From Macrostomum lignano (lineage: Eukaryota): a stretch of DNA of 64,000 bases. Position numbers and translations under genes: made by a program. Shown here piece by piece: positions 26,561 to 37,990 of the stretch; positions within the stretch are counted from its first letter, which is position 1, and each line of letters starts with the position of its first letter. The stretch lies in NCBI GenBank assembly GCA_002269645.1, contig NIVC01000521.1, positions 248,001 to 312,000 on the forward strand, read 5' to 3'. The notes beneath the pieces are model-generated. The model did not search any database, had not been told where the DNA came from, and saw only the letters and a list, made by a program, of their open reading frames with translations.

Positions 26561-29500
26561 CACCCCCGCTCCCCCACCCCTCCGCGCGTTGTTGTTGGGA
26601 GGGTGGTTGTTGTTGTGGGGTTTGCGTAACGTGGGGGCTGCCGCCCCCACACCCCGCTCCCCCACCCCACCCCTCCGCAACTCTTCTCACCTCTAACACA
26701 TCTTTTTAGCATGCTAAAACTGCTTGTAAGCCTTTGGCGACCGCGCAACACATGATACTTGCCGATATGTATCGTAATATTTTTTCTGCACTAACAAATC
26801 ATCTGTGCCGCACTTTCAGCTTCACTCTTACTCTTTAATAAGGTATAGAAGGAAATGAAAATTAAACAATCAATATTAAATTATATTCAAGTGAAAGAGA
26901 ATTGAAAATACTAATAAATCCGTTCCTGCTAAAAAAATTAAATTTAAAAAAAAAACTTGGCCCACTTGGGATTCGAACCCGTGTTTAGGCCATTTACAAA
27001 GCAACTGCCTTCGGCCCCGATCCATCTCTTGCTTAAGCGAAGCTCTACAGTGCACGCCCTTTATATCGAATATTCCCTATGGTAGCCACTTTTACGATTT
27101 TTGCTGCTTTTTCATACATTTCTGCTCGCTGCATCGCAGCGCCTTCATCTAAAAATGCGAGTTGCATGTCGTTACAGAGATAACATCAAGGCGCATTCAT
27201 CTAATGCATTTTTAAAGTATGTCAACAAATTTTACGCCTCCTAGGCGCCAAATTGTGCATTTTCACCTGTTCTGACAGGTATTCAAACAGGTATTAAGAC
27301 CTATTAACTTAAGAATCAGTTTTCAAAACTAATTTAGTTGCACAGTGCATCCATAGTGCTGTTTTTAGACACCAAAATTGAGTCTCTAGGCCTTGCCAAT
27401 GCAGAGTTATTAGCAAAAGTATGCTCAAAATTTGCCCAAAAATAGCCTTCTAAAAATTCGGAGCCAATTTTCTCAAAAATACGAATTTTCCAGCCATATT
27501 GGCGTATGACCGGTGTAACTTTAGCTATTCGACTAAACAATATTGAAAATGCAGAAAAATCGGTGCGCAAAAATTCTTATTTTTCGACTTCAAAGTTTGT
27601 ACCCCGAATGGGCCGTTTTTCACTTAACAGGTAAAAAGTACCTGTTAACAGAGGTTTTTTCAGGAGTGTTTTATGTCATTCAAAAGGGCATCCGATAGGC
27701 TACAATTTGACGCCATACTCGAAAAACTTTGCCCCATTTTAAAAAAATTTCCTTAACAACGTCTGATTTTCTGCAGTGCCCCCCGGCCTCTTTTTTCCCT
27801 GGTTTCCGGGTCACTGCTCAGCACAGGTAGGTCCAAATGCTTAGAAAATTCAGGAAAACAAATTTCCATATGTTTGACACGTTGTGTTAAAGTCTCAACA
27901 CCGTAACATAAAACACTTTCTTATTTTTTGGGACTACTTTTTAAAAACGTGACCCAATTTTTCGAAAATGTCGTTTTTAGGCACTCTTTGGCACCTGGGC
28001 AGGTTATTGATGGCCCAATCGGCCAAATCTCGATGTTTCCGATTAAAAGACATCCATTTGAGTTATTTGGTATGCAAAACAGCAAAAATAAAGTTTTCCA
28101 TCTCGACGCCATAGGCCTCACAAAAGTGCACTAAAAATTTGTACTTTTAAACAGCAGATAGGCAGCCATGTGAAAAGTACATTTTAGCCCTAAAAATTAT
28201 AGCGCATCAAACAGCCCCAGGTGTTATTGACGCTATGAGGCAGCTCAAAGGCCGCGCTATCGCGCGTCCTTTTCGCTGCGGTGAGGCAAAGTTGAAAAAA
28301 ATGCCGATTTTTCGACCTCAAAAAACACGTTTTTTGTACTTTTACCCTAAAAGTTAAAGTACAATCAAAAAATCCATTTCTGATCATTGCAGCGTTTGAA
28401 TGCCCGCGCTTACTGAGCCCACTCGCTAAGCGCTGCCATATTCTCAATCCTTATTTTTTGAGATCAAATTTTTTGACAATGTAGAAAAAACGCAGTTTTT
28501 GGTTGCCATGGCAACCAAAACGCGTTGCCATGGCAACCAAATATTGTGCATCCGATAGCGCTAGGTCTTTGACACATTTTGGCAAAAACTGTTTGTAAAT
28601 CGGTCGTACCGTTTTTTATTGGCAGCGTTTAAAAGTTGAAAAACGTCATTTTTAGTGTGTGCAACGGCGGTACATCTTATCAGGGACGATTTCGCAAAAG
28701 TAAGCAGCATAGAAAAAAATTCTCGCTTCGCTCGCATTTTTTCCTATACTACTTACTGGCTCATCGTCCCACAACTAGGTCTTTGACACATTTTGGCAAA
28801 AACTGTTTGTAAATCGGTCGTACCGTTTTTTATTGGCAGCGTTTAAAAGTTGAAAAACGTCATTTTTAGTGTGTGCAACGGCGGTACATCTTATCAGGGA
28901 CGATTTCGCAAAAGTAAGCAGCATAGAAAAAAATTCTCGCTTCGCTCGCATTTTTTCCTATACTACTTACTGGCTCATCGTCCCACAACTAGTGAATGAA
29001 GACGCTGTCGTCTTCAAAGGTGGGACGATGGTTTATATATTGTTCGTAACTTTTATGGCCTAATTTTAAATTTAAAAAAAAAACTAAGAAGCTTAGTTGA
29101 TTATAATTTAATTTAAACAAAGTTTAAGCATAACTATTTAAAAAAATTATTAAAAATACTTATGATGGTTTATTATGTCCATTATTGTTTATGGCTATGA
29201 CCTATTTATTTAACCCAAATTAAGAACTAATTAAAACGCTATATCGTGTTTTTATATTTTAACGGCTATACTGCATTTTCAATTTGATTTAAACAAAGTT
29301 TATACATAACTGTGGAAATATAATAATAAAAAATTGTTGTTTGTTGGTTGTAAAAGGGGTTGTTGTTGTTGGGGTTTTTGTTGTTGTTGGGGTTGTTGTT
29401 GTTGTTGTTGGGGGGTGGTTGTTGTTGGGGGGTTTGCGTAACGTGGGGGCTGCCGCCCCCACACCCCGCTCCCCCACCCTCCCGCGCGTTGTTGTTGGGG

Positions 29501-32500
29501 AGGGTGGTTGTTGTTGGGGGTTTGCGTATTGTGGGGGCTGCCGCCCCCACACCCCCGCTCCCCCACCTAACCCCTCCGCAAATTTTCGCACCTCTAACAC
29601 ATCTTTTTAGCACGCTAAAACTGCTTGTAAGCCTTCTGGCGACCACGCAACACATACTTGCCGATATGTATCGTAATACTCTTTCTGCACTAACAAATCA
29701 TCTGTGCCGCACTTTCAGCTTCACTCTTACTCTTTAATAAGGTATACAAGGAAAGGAAAATTAAACAATTAATATTAAATTATATTCAAGTGAAAGAGAA
29801 TTGAAAATACTAATAAATTCGTTCCTGCTAAAAAAATTAAATATAAAAAAACCTGGCCCACTTGGGATTCGAACCCGTGTTTAGGCCATTTACAAAGCAA
29901 CTGCCTTCGGCCCCGATCCATCTCTCGCTTGAGCGAAGCTCTACAGTGCACGCGCTTTATATCGAATATTCCGTATGTATGGTAGCCAATATACGATTTT
30001 TGCTGCTTTTTCATACATTTCTGCTCGCTGCATCGCAACGCCTTAACCTAAAAATACGAGTCGCATGTCGTTACAGAGATAACATCAAGGCGCATTCATC
30101 CAATGCATTTTCAAACTATGTCAACAAATTTTTTCGGCTGCTAGGCGCCAAATTATGAATTTTTACCTGTTCTGACAGGTATTCAAACAGGTATTTAGAC
30201 CTGTTAACCTAAGAATCAGTTTTCAAAACTTATTTAGTTGCATAGTGCATCCATAATGCTGTTTTTAGACACCAAACTTGAGTCTCTAGGTCTCGCCAAT
30301 GCAGAGTTATTACCAAAAGTATGCTCAAAATTTGCCCAAAAATGGCCTACTCAAAATTCGGAGCCAATTTTCTCAAAAATACGAATTTTCCAGCCATATT
30401 GGCGTATGACCGGTGAAACTTCAGCTATTCGACTAAACAATATTGAAAATGCAGAAAAATCGGTGCGCAAAATTTCTTATTTTTCGACTTCAAAGTTTGT
30501 ACCCCAAATGGGCCGTTTTTCACTTAACAGGTAAAAAGTACCTGTTAACAGGTATTTTTTCCAGAGTGTCTTGCGCCATTCGAACGGGCATCCGATGGGC
30601 TACAATTTGACACCACACTCGAAAAAATTCGCCCAGTAATAAAAATTTTTCTTTAACAACATATGGTTTTTTGGTCGAGTCCCCCGGCCTCTTTTTTCCC
30701 CGGTTTCCGGGTCACTGCTCCGCACAGGTAGGTCCAAATGCTTAGAAAATTTAGGAAAACAAATTTCCATATGTTTGACACGTTTTGTTAAAATCTCAAC
30801 ACCGTAGCTTAAAACACTTTCTTATTTTTGGAGACTACTTTTTGAAAACGTGACCCAAATTTTCAAAAACACTGTTTTTGACCCTTGTAGCCATATAGAG
30901 CAGCAATGAATGGCCCAATCAAGCAGATCTCAGCATTTCCGAATAAAAGACATCCATTTGAGTGATTTGGGTTGAAAAATTGAAAAAATCAAGATTTGCA
31001 TCTGTATAGGATAAGCCTCTTTAAAGTGCACAAACGGTTTGTACTTTTAAAGTGCAGATAGGCAGCCATGTCAAAAGTACATTTTAGCCCAAAAAATTAT
31101 AGCGCATCTAAAAGCCCCAGGTGTTGTTGACATTAGGCAGCAGCTCAAAAGCCGCGCTATTGCGCGTCCTTTTCGCTGCAGTACGGGCAAGGTTGAAAAA
31201 CATGTACAAAAAATTGGCCGAAAAATTGCATTTTTAATAATCAGATGCAGTTTGCTCAAAAATACGAATTTTCCAGCCATATTGGCGTATGACCGGTGAA
31301 ACTTTAGCTATTCGACTAAACAATATTGAAAATGCAGAAAAATCGGTGCGCAAAATTTCTTATTTTTCGACTTCAAAGTTTGTACCCCCAAATGGGCCGT
31401 TTTTCACTTAACAGGTAAAAAGTACCTGTTAACAGGGGTTTTTTCCAGAGTGTCTTATGTCATTCAAAAGGGCATCCGATGGGCTACAATTTGACACTAC
31501 ACTCAAAAAAATTCGCCCCATTTTAAAAAAATTTCCTTAACAACGTTTGATTTTCTGCAGAGCCCCCGGCCTCTTTTTTCCCTGGTTTCCGGGTCACTGC
31601 TCAGCACAGGTAGGTCCAAATGCTTAGAAAATTTAGGAAAACAAATTTCCAAATGTTTGACACGTTGTGTTAAAGTCTCAACACCGTAGCATAAAACACT
31701 TTCTTATTTTTTGGGACTACTTTTTAAAAACGTGACCCAATTTTTCGAAAATGTCGTTTTTAGGCACTCTTTGGCACCTGGGCAGGTTATTGATGGCCCA
31801 ATCGGCCAGATCTCAATGTTTCCGAATAGAAGACATCCATTTGAGTAATTTGGTGTAGAAATATTAAAAAATAAAGTTTTCCATCTCGACGCCATAGGCC
31901 TCACAAAAGTGCACTAAAAATTTGTACTTTTAAAGTGCAGATAGGCAGCCATGAGAAAAGTACATTTTAGCCAAAAAAACTACAGCGCATTAGACAGCTC
32001 AAAGTGTTGTCAACGCTAGGAGACAGCTCAAAGGCCGCGCGAAAGCGCGTCCTTTTCGCTGCGGTGAGGCAAAGTTGAAAAAAATGCCAATTTTTCGACC
32101 TCAAAAAACACGTTTTTTGTACTTTTACCTGTAAAGTGAAAGTACAATCAAAAAATCCATTTCGGATCATTTTAGCGTTCGAATGCCCGCGTCTGCTGAG
32201 CCCACTCGCTAAGCGCTGCCATATTCTCAATCCTTATTTTTTGAGATCAAATTTTTTGACAATGTCGAAAAAACGCAGTTTTTGGTTGCCATGGCAACCA
32301 AAACGCGTCGCCATGACAACCAAACACTGCGGATCTGTTAGCCCTAGGTCTTTGACGCATTTTGGCAAAAACCGTTTGTAAATCGGTCGTACCGTTTTTT
32401 ATGCGCAGCGTTTCAAAGTTGAAAAACGTCATTTTTAGTGTGTCACATCTGTTGCACATCTTATCAGGGACGATTTCGCAAAAGTAAGCAGTATAGAAAA

Positions 32501-32803
32501 AAATTCTCGCTTCGCTCGCATTTTTTCCTATACTACTTACTGGCTCATCGTCCCACAACTAGCCTACTTAGAGTCCTATAAACACAGGCACAATGGGCTT
32601 GTGCTTTTTTCCACTGGCTACACTATAGCTTTTAAACTAAACTTACTGTCTAATGCTTACTACAAAGCTTGGTATTTTGGTATTGTATTTTTCTTCCATT
32701 TGGTATAGCTATATCTATTTTATAAATTTGGACTAAATATGAAAAATAACAGTAAAGACAAACCGTTTTTGATATATTGGTATTTGAAATGCCAATGGCA
32801 TTC

Positions 32804-33433
32804 GAAATTAATTTAAGCAATCAAAATGGCGCATGCTTTATTAAATTTTTTTTCTTTTTTCGCGCACGAAAATGCGTTTTAATGCGTTTAATGCGTTTAC
32901 GATTATTTTTTACAATGTGCTCAACTGACGGTACATTGTTCATGCGGCTATATCTCAGCAATACAGGAGTGTAGACGGTCATTTCTTATGTCAAATCAAA
33001 GAACAGATGTAGTAGTTTCATATTCCTTTTGTGGACCAAGATTTTGTAACCCTCCGTAAGCCACAGAAAGGGAAATGTTCCAATTTGTTAGAATTCCGAA
33101 CTTTGGAGGCCTGTAGAATTTTTGTTATCCAACCGATTTGCCTCAAACGTGTACCAAAATATGCAAAATAGATAGGAAATCGAGATTCCGCAAGTGGACC
33201 AGACTTTCAGCGTATCCTACACTCTCGGGATTCCAGCCCATGGTCCAGCCGCATTTTTCCGGCTTTGACGAATTTTATTTTGTGTCTAGAACCAAGGCTT
33301 TACTTTGGGAAGGTCTGAAACCCTCTGGACCAAGCTAGTCTAGCGAAAAACTTTTGATTTAAGTCATTTCCACGGGTGGACCAAGCTGTTTTAAAAAATG
33401 TGAGGCTGGGCATGCGGCTAACTTTACGTTGGT
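32804..33433 (-). repeat. Right TIR of foldback element
   Basis: Reverse complement of 13830-14459; ends CTTTACGTTGGT. Confidence 0.93.
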
Positions 33434-34355
33434 CGAAACTTTCCGGTTGACAACCTGCATGGTATTGAATACAGCGTATTTCAACATATACCTTACTGGA
33501 TAAATTTAGGAAAAAAAACTTAGAGATATGCAGTAAAATTGAAGTGTATACTCGTATTTCTGCGAAACTCCTAAACTGCAGAAGCTCTGTACTGTTCTCT
33601 GGTGTGAGGTGGCTAGAGTAATCTGTTTACTCAAAATCGTACATTGGAGGAGACAAAAGGGAACTTCAAATTCGACTTGCTGTACAGAATACCAAGGAAT
33701 GAGCTCTAATGTTGTACGGGGCTCATCTGTGCATCTCGGCTCTATCTTTTCTCAACCCGTAGAGTCTTCGAAGAATGGGTAGCTATGCTAAAGGTGGCAA
33801 TCTGCAGCAGTGGTTGAGAGAACCCAGCCGCTGTACAATGGCTTTACTTTATTGGATGAGGTTACGAGTGAAACGCAGGTATAGAAGCTTGCAAAATATC
33901 TCTACCACATGAAGTTCCCTTTAACTGTGCGCAGTCCAAATTTGCATTAGGAGCAACAAGTACACTGAATTCAAGTACTCAAATATCATCAAATGCAATC
34001 AAATGCAGCCGCTCTCAGCTTAAGTAAGAAAATTCTCTCCATGACTGAGTCAGTGAACATAGTAAGTGTACATCCAGTACAGGTAGCTAGATGAACCCCC
34101 TTTTCTGTACTCGGATTGCTTTTGGTAGGAATCACGCGCAAAAATTGGATTTTTGGCCTGGCGGGCCAGTCTCTATGCTTGTTAATACCCATTGACACAT
34201 TAACGCTTGAAAATTGAGCACTAGAGAAAGCACGAAAACATGGACCCCTATACTAGAAGTTACCATTGTACAACGATTTGTCTGTAGCCAAAACTCTATA
34301 TTACATGTAAAATAGTCTACGGTGGTGGGTGGGGCTTTGCCACCAAACCCCCGTC

Positions 34356-34524
34356 CAAGGAGTTCTATAATTGGCAATCTGGAGTGGAAGCGAGTTTTAC
34401 CTCATGAGGCCACGCCAATTGTAGAGATAAGGAGCCAGCACTGAATGTCTATGCTAGTCTGGCCTCATGAGGTAAAACTGAAAAACTCGTTTCCACTCCA
34501 GGTTGCTAATTATAGAACTCCTTG
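34356..34524. mobile_element. 169-bp hairpin MITE, CA...TG ends, 7-bp TSD
   Basis: CAAGGAGTTCTATAATTGGCAA.../...TTGCTAATTATAGAACTCCTTG with ~55-bp arms; CCCCGTC at 34349-34355 and 34525-34531. Confidence 0.8.
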
Positions 34525-35287
34525 CCCCGTCCCTCACTCTTAAAGTGTAGCTTAAAACAAATATCTTTGGTACAATGCAGCACAATATCGATGTAAACTT
34601 TTGTTCATAGCTGGTATGCCGGTTTATTGGTAATTTATAGATTAAAAATTAATTGTAGTCCATAAACTGCAGCTTAAAATGGTACAAATTCTTAATTTTT
34701 TTCTGCCGCTACAAGCTTTGACGTCTACAGTTTCCACTCATAATATCATCGAAGAAAGTTAGCTAGTAAAGTTTGCAAAACACTGGAGAGAAAGTGTGCA
34801 ATGGCTCGCGTCATTCTATCCCGGGCCAACAGTGTCAATGCCATAATGATGCAACCAGGGACTCAACCAGGCGATTCACTCAGTTCATGTTGCCGCTAAG
34901 TACGGGTGTCGCATCGGGCAGTCTGCTGTTTGGTCGCAAATCAATATCACTGTTCTGAGCCTTCAGCACTCGCGACCCCGCCATCAGCAAACAGGATCGC
35001 CAGTCTGAGAGGATTTACGAGCTAAACGACATATTGAGACGGACAGACCACGTCATTCTGACAGCAATCACCACAATCACCATGAAAGACCGACGCATTT
35101 GAAAAGTCGGCTCCGTAGACCATATTAGGGGTGGGGAGCACGTCCGAAGTGCATGGGGACTCGCTGGTCATGCATCGGGGACGGCACCAGACGCCAAGCG
35201 ACTGCCCTAGACGTCAGAGCAGCTCAGAAGACAGCCAATGGCAGCCGAAGGACGGCAAAAAGAGCTACAAGGAGATGATTAATTATT

Positions 35288-35695
35288 AAGGACTGAGCTG
35301 ACAAACTGACGCTTCCATTATTGAAGTATTTTTTTCAAGATTTTTACCTTCCTATTTTTAATTTTAAGGAAGACATTGTTAAATATTGTGCCACCGGCCA
35401 TAGCCCATTGATGCATCAGTGAAATCGTTCTCCATAACGCACCATTATAAATCAATGTACATCCACTACTCATTTACAACATAACAATCTCCTGTAAGTC
35501 GGCTTAGCACCAAAATATGCTCTAAATTTCGAGGGCTATGCGCAAGCCAATTCTATTTTTCTGCTACAAGCCAAACCTTTCTGGAAAATGGGCATCAGCG
35601 CACAGCGCACCCTGTCTCCAATGCCGTCTTGGATAATTCCATAGGAAAATAAAAACAAACCAAATATCCACATCCTCGTTGAGGTGGAGAAAAAA
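35288..35695. repeat. Diverged dispersed repeat, copy 2 (see 3965-4415)
   Basis: Colinear similarity to 3965-4415. Confidence 0.85.
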
Positions 35696-35864
35696 CTATG
35701 AGTTTTATGCTATGAGCTATGAGAAGCTATGAGTAAGTGAATTTTCGACGAAAATTTCTAAGAACAAGTGCTGCACTCTCATTGGACAAGAACTTCATGG
35801 AAAATAGTAAATACATGTAAACGGCGCGCACACAATGTCACATGAGTGTACGTACCTTTAACAC

Positions 35865-35870
35865 TATAAA
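35865..35870 (+). promoter_or_regulatory. Candidate TATA box of the 35980 gene
   Basis: TATAAA about 110 bp upstream of the ATG. Confidence 0.45.
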
Positions 35871-35979
35871 TAATAAAGAACAGGAGTTCTACATACGATC
35901 AAAATTAGCTCGAGATCCTACGCTAAAAGCAGACTTGTAGTATTTTTTGAGACAAAGAATAGCAAACAGGACCAAAACA

Positions 35980-37050
35980 ATGTCGCAAAAAAAGACAGGC
36001 GCAGCCACGAACGTTATGAACATGATGAGCAACCTAACGACAGCGACTGAAGCTGCTAGCCAAATAGCAAGCACTGCAAGTAGCATCTATGATACTGTAT
36101 CAGCTGTCACACAACAATCGCACAATAGTTTGATGGAATTGACCAAGGAAGCCGCCAGCATCGCTAAAGCCGAGGTCAGTGATTTCCGAGACGCAATGCG
36201 AGACACAAATGCTTCTGGAGAAGATCTGAGGTCAAGGTGTCTTGAGCTGAGGGAAAAGTGGGAGTCCTTTGAAAATTACATTTACGAGACCTTTGAACGA
36301 AAGGAAATTAGTCGCGCTGAAGTGCAAAATTGTATTCAGCTGCTGCAGTTAATGCTGGAGAGTGCCAGCAACTGTGGCAAGTGCTACAAAGAGTTCAGAG
36401 AGAAACTAAATCGTGCTGTTGACGTAGGGTCTCGCCTCGCAGAGCGGTGCAGAGTCGCAGCCGCGGAAAGCAGGTCCGAAGCCTCGACCACGAAGGCTCG
36501 TGGATATGGCGCTGCAGGAGTTTTAGGCGCTGTCGCTCTTGGCTTTCTCACCTTTGCTACAGGAGGCGTCGCTGCGGTTGGAGCTGCTGCAGCGGGTGCC
36601 GCCGCGGCTGGCGCGGGAGCCTACACCTACGATAAGGCGAAAAAACTGGAAAAACTGGCTGGTGAGTTTGACGACCAAAGAGGAAAGCTTGATGACGCTC
36701 TGCGGGATCTGAACAGCTTGGGAGATTCCATCACTGGTCTGTTTACCGTCACCGAGAAGATGGTCGAGAACATGGAGATTGCCATGAGAATCTTCAAGGA
36801 GCAGGAACGCCTGAAGCAAGAGAATGAGGACAATCGAATCAAGAACGAGAAGATGGCTCTGGAAAACGAAAAAATGAAGGGGGAACAGGAAACTCTAAAG
36901 CAGGAGGCTGAAAGAAGGAAGCAAGAAAATGATGAGATGAAGCAACAACAAGAAAGCATGAGACAGAGAAATGAAGAATTGGAAGAGCGGCTCAAGAAGC
37001 TGGAAATCGGAAAAAATAAGAAAAAAAGCAAGGCTTGCCGCAACATGTGA
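35980..37050 (+). CDS. Intronless 356-aa helical protein: helical N-half, Gly/Ala-rich hydrophobic hairpin, long coiled coil, KNKKKSKACRNM tail; family unassigned (ApoL-/alpha-pore-former-like architecture)
   Basis: Uninterrupted ORF from first ATG at 35980; GC-richer than flanks; two paralogous relics in the window. Confidence 0.85.
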   Translation: MSQKKTGAATNVMNMMSNLTTATEAASQIASTASSIYDTVSAVTQQSHNSLMELTKEAASIAKAEVSDFRDAMRDTNASGEDLRSRCLELREKWESFENYIYETFERKEISRAEVQNCIQLLQLMLESASNCGKCYKEFREKLNRAVDVGSRLAERCRVAAAESRSEASTTKARGYGAAGVLGAVALGFLTFATGGVAAVGAAAAGAAAAGAGAYTYDKAKKLEKLAGEFDDQRGKLDDALRDLNSLGDSITGLFTVTEKMVENMEIAMRIFKEQERLKQENEDNRIKNEKMALENEKMKGEQETLKQEAERRKQENDEMKQQQESMRQRNEELEERLKKLEIGKNKKKSKACRNM

Positions 37051-37429
37051 GGAGCAAGCAAGACTCATAGGTACAATTAACTGACACTTGTGATGCGGTT
37101 TTTTTAAAGTTAAGACTTTAATTCTGGCTTGACAGTTACAGCACTGGCTTGCAGTTTATAATTAAAAGTACTCACTCCTATAAACTTTTTGAGGCCTTTG
37201 TTAAAATGGCACCATCTTAGCTAACTAGCCGACTATTAAGCTATATGCTATTACTGTTTTTATTTTAAGTTTTTCTTACAGTAGCTAGATACGCTAAAGT
37301 ACGAGCGTATGTGTTGCAGGTCTTTAATGTAAGCCTTCTCAAAAGAAGTGGAAATGCTTCGATTCACTTGTAGCTGATTAGCTTGTATTCTTCAAAAACT
37401 GTCATTTATTAAAATTTAAAAACTTTATT

Positions 37430-37990
37430 TATCTATGCAATTTTTTCCATCTTTTTTAACGCAATTCACAATACGGTAATCTTTCTGCAATTAGTTTTCT
37501 TGTACAGTATGTCAGAAATAAACCTTTTATACCAAAGTAGAAAGGCCAAAATGTAATCTTTGAATTATGAAATATTGTGAATTTTTGTTTCAATCGTTTG
37601 ATTCTAAAATTGTGTCATCACGTCGAAGTATACATTTCTGTAGTTTTAGACGAAATGTAATAGAGTTATATACTATTACTAATATACGCTTGTACCTTTC
37701 TGCAATCGATTTTACCAAACTGCCATCCATTTTTTGTCAGTTATTTTTTATCAGAGTTCTGCTAACGAGGAAAAGGAATGCAAAGACTCGGAAGCAGTGT
37801 TTGAAAGAATTCTCTCACTTTAGCTAAGATGAGCTGCATTTCAATGCACATAAGCTATAACCTACTACTATTTACGGGCTTATAAGCCCAACAAGAATAT
37901 AGAAACGAAATAACCCTGTTTGTGAGAGGCATTAATAATTAATATCGCTAATGTTCCCTTTCTACCAGCATCAGAATCTCGTCTCTCTCA
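37430..37990. repeat. Downstream flank of the gene, homologous to 1-250 and 1520-1690
   Basis: Shared TTTTAACGCAATT, ATGTCAGAAATAAACCTTTTA, ACGAAATAACCCTGTTT, AATGTTCCCT..CTAC.AGCATCAGAAT in the same order. Confidence 0.75.

Larger units (their letters stand above)
14726..32562 (-). mobile_element. Head-to-tail concatemer of a non-autonomous Helentron/Helitron2-like unit (A-B-A-[mini]-B)
   Basis: CTAG junctions at 14726, 20378, 24807, 28775, 28989, 32559. On the minus strand each full unit reads TT-GTGGGACGATG...CATCGTCCCAC-CTT-TGAAGACG(acag)CGTCTTCA-TT(C/T)A-CTAG: asymmetric subterminal inverted repeats plus 3' hairpin. Confidence 0.85.
13830..33433. mobile_element. 19.6-kb non-autonomous foldback-type DNA element with 630-bp TIRs
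   Basis: TIRs 13830-14459 and 32804-33433 are equal length and give identical 66-aa spurious ORFs. CGAAACTT is duplicated at 13822-13829 and 33434-33441. No transposase inside. Confidence 0.92.

Noticed and set aside
17848-32558. Many ORFs in the array (poly-Q/T/N ORFs; recurring 98-aa MHSASIMLF..., 69-aa MAGKFVFL..., MRIWQRLA...)
   Set aside because: They recur only because the DNA is repeated, are broken in sister copies and show no Rep/helicase or other motif.
35020-35280. Possible RTE C-terminal relic (LAGHA..., KRLP, KSYKE)
   Set aside because: Motifs are scattered over frames and too short to support a call.
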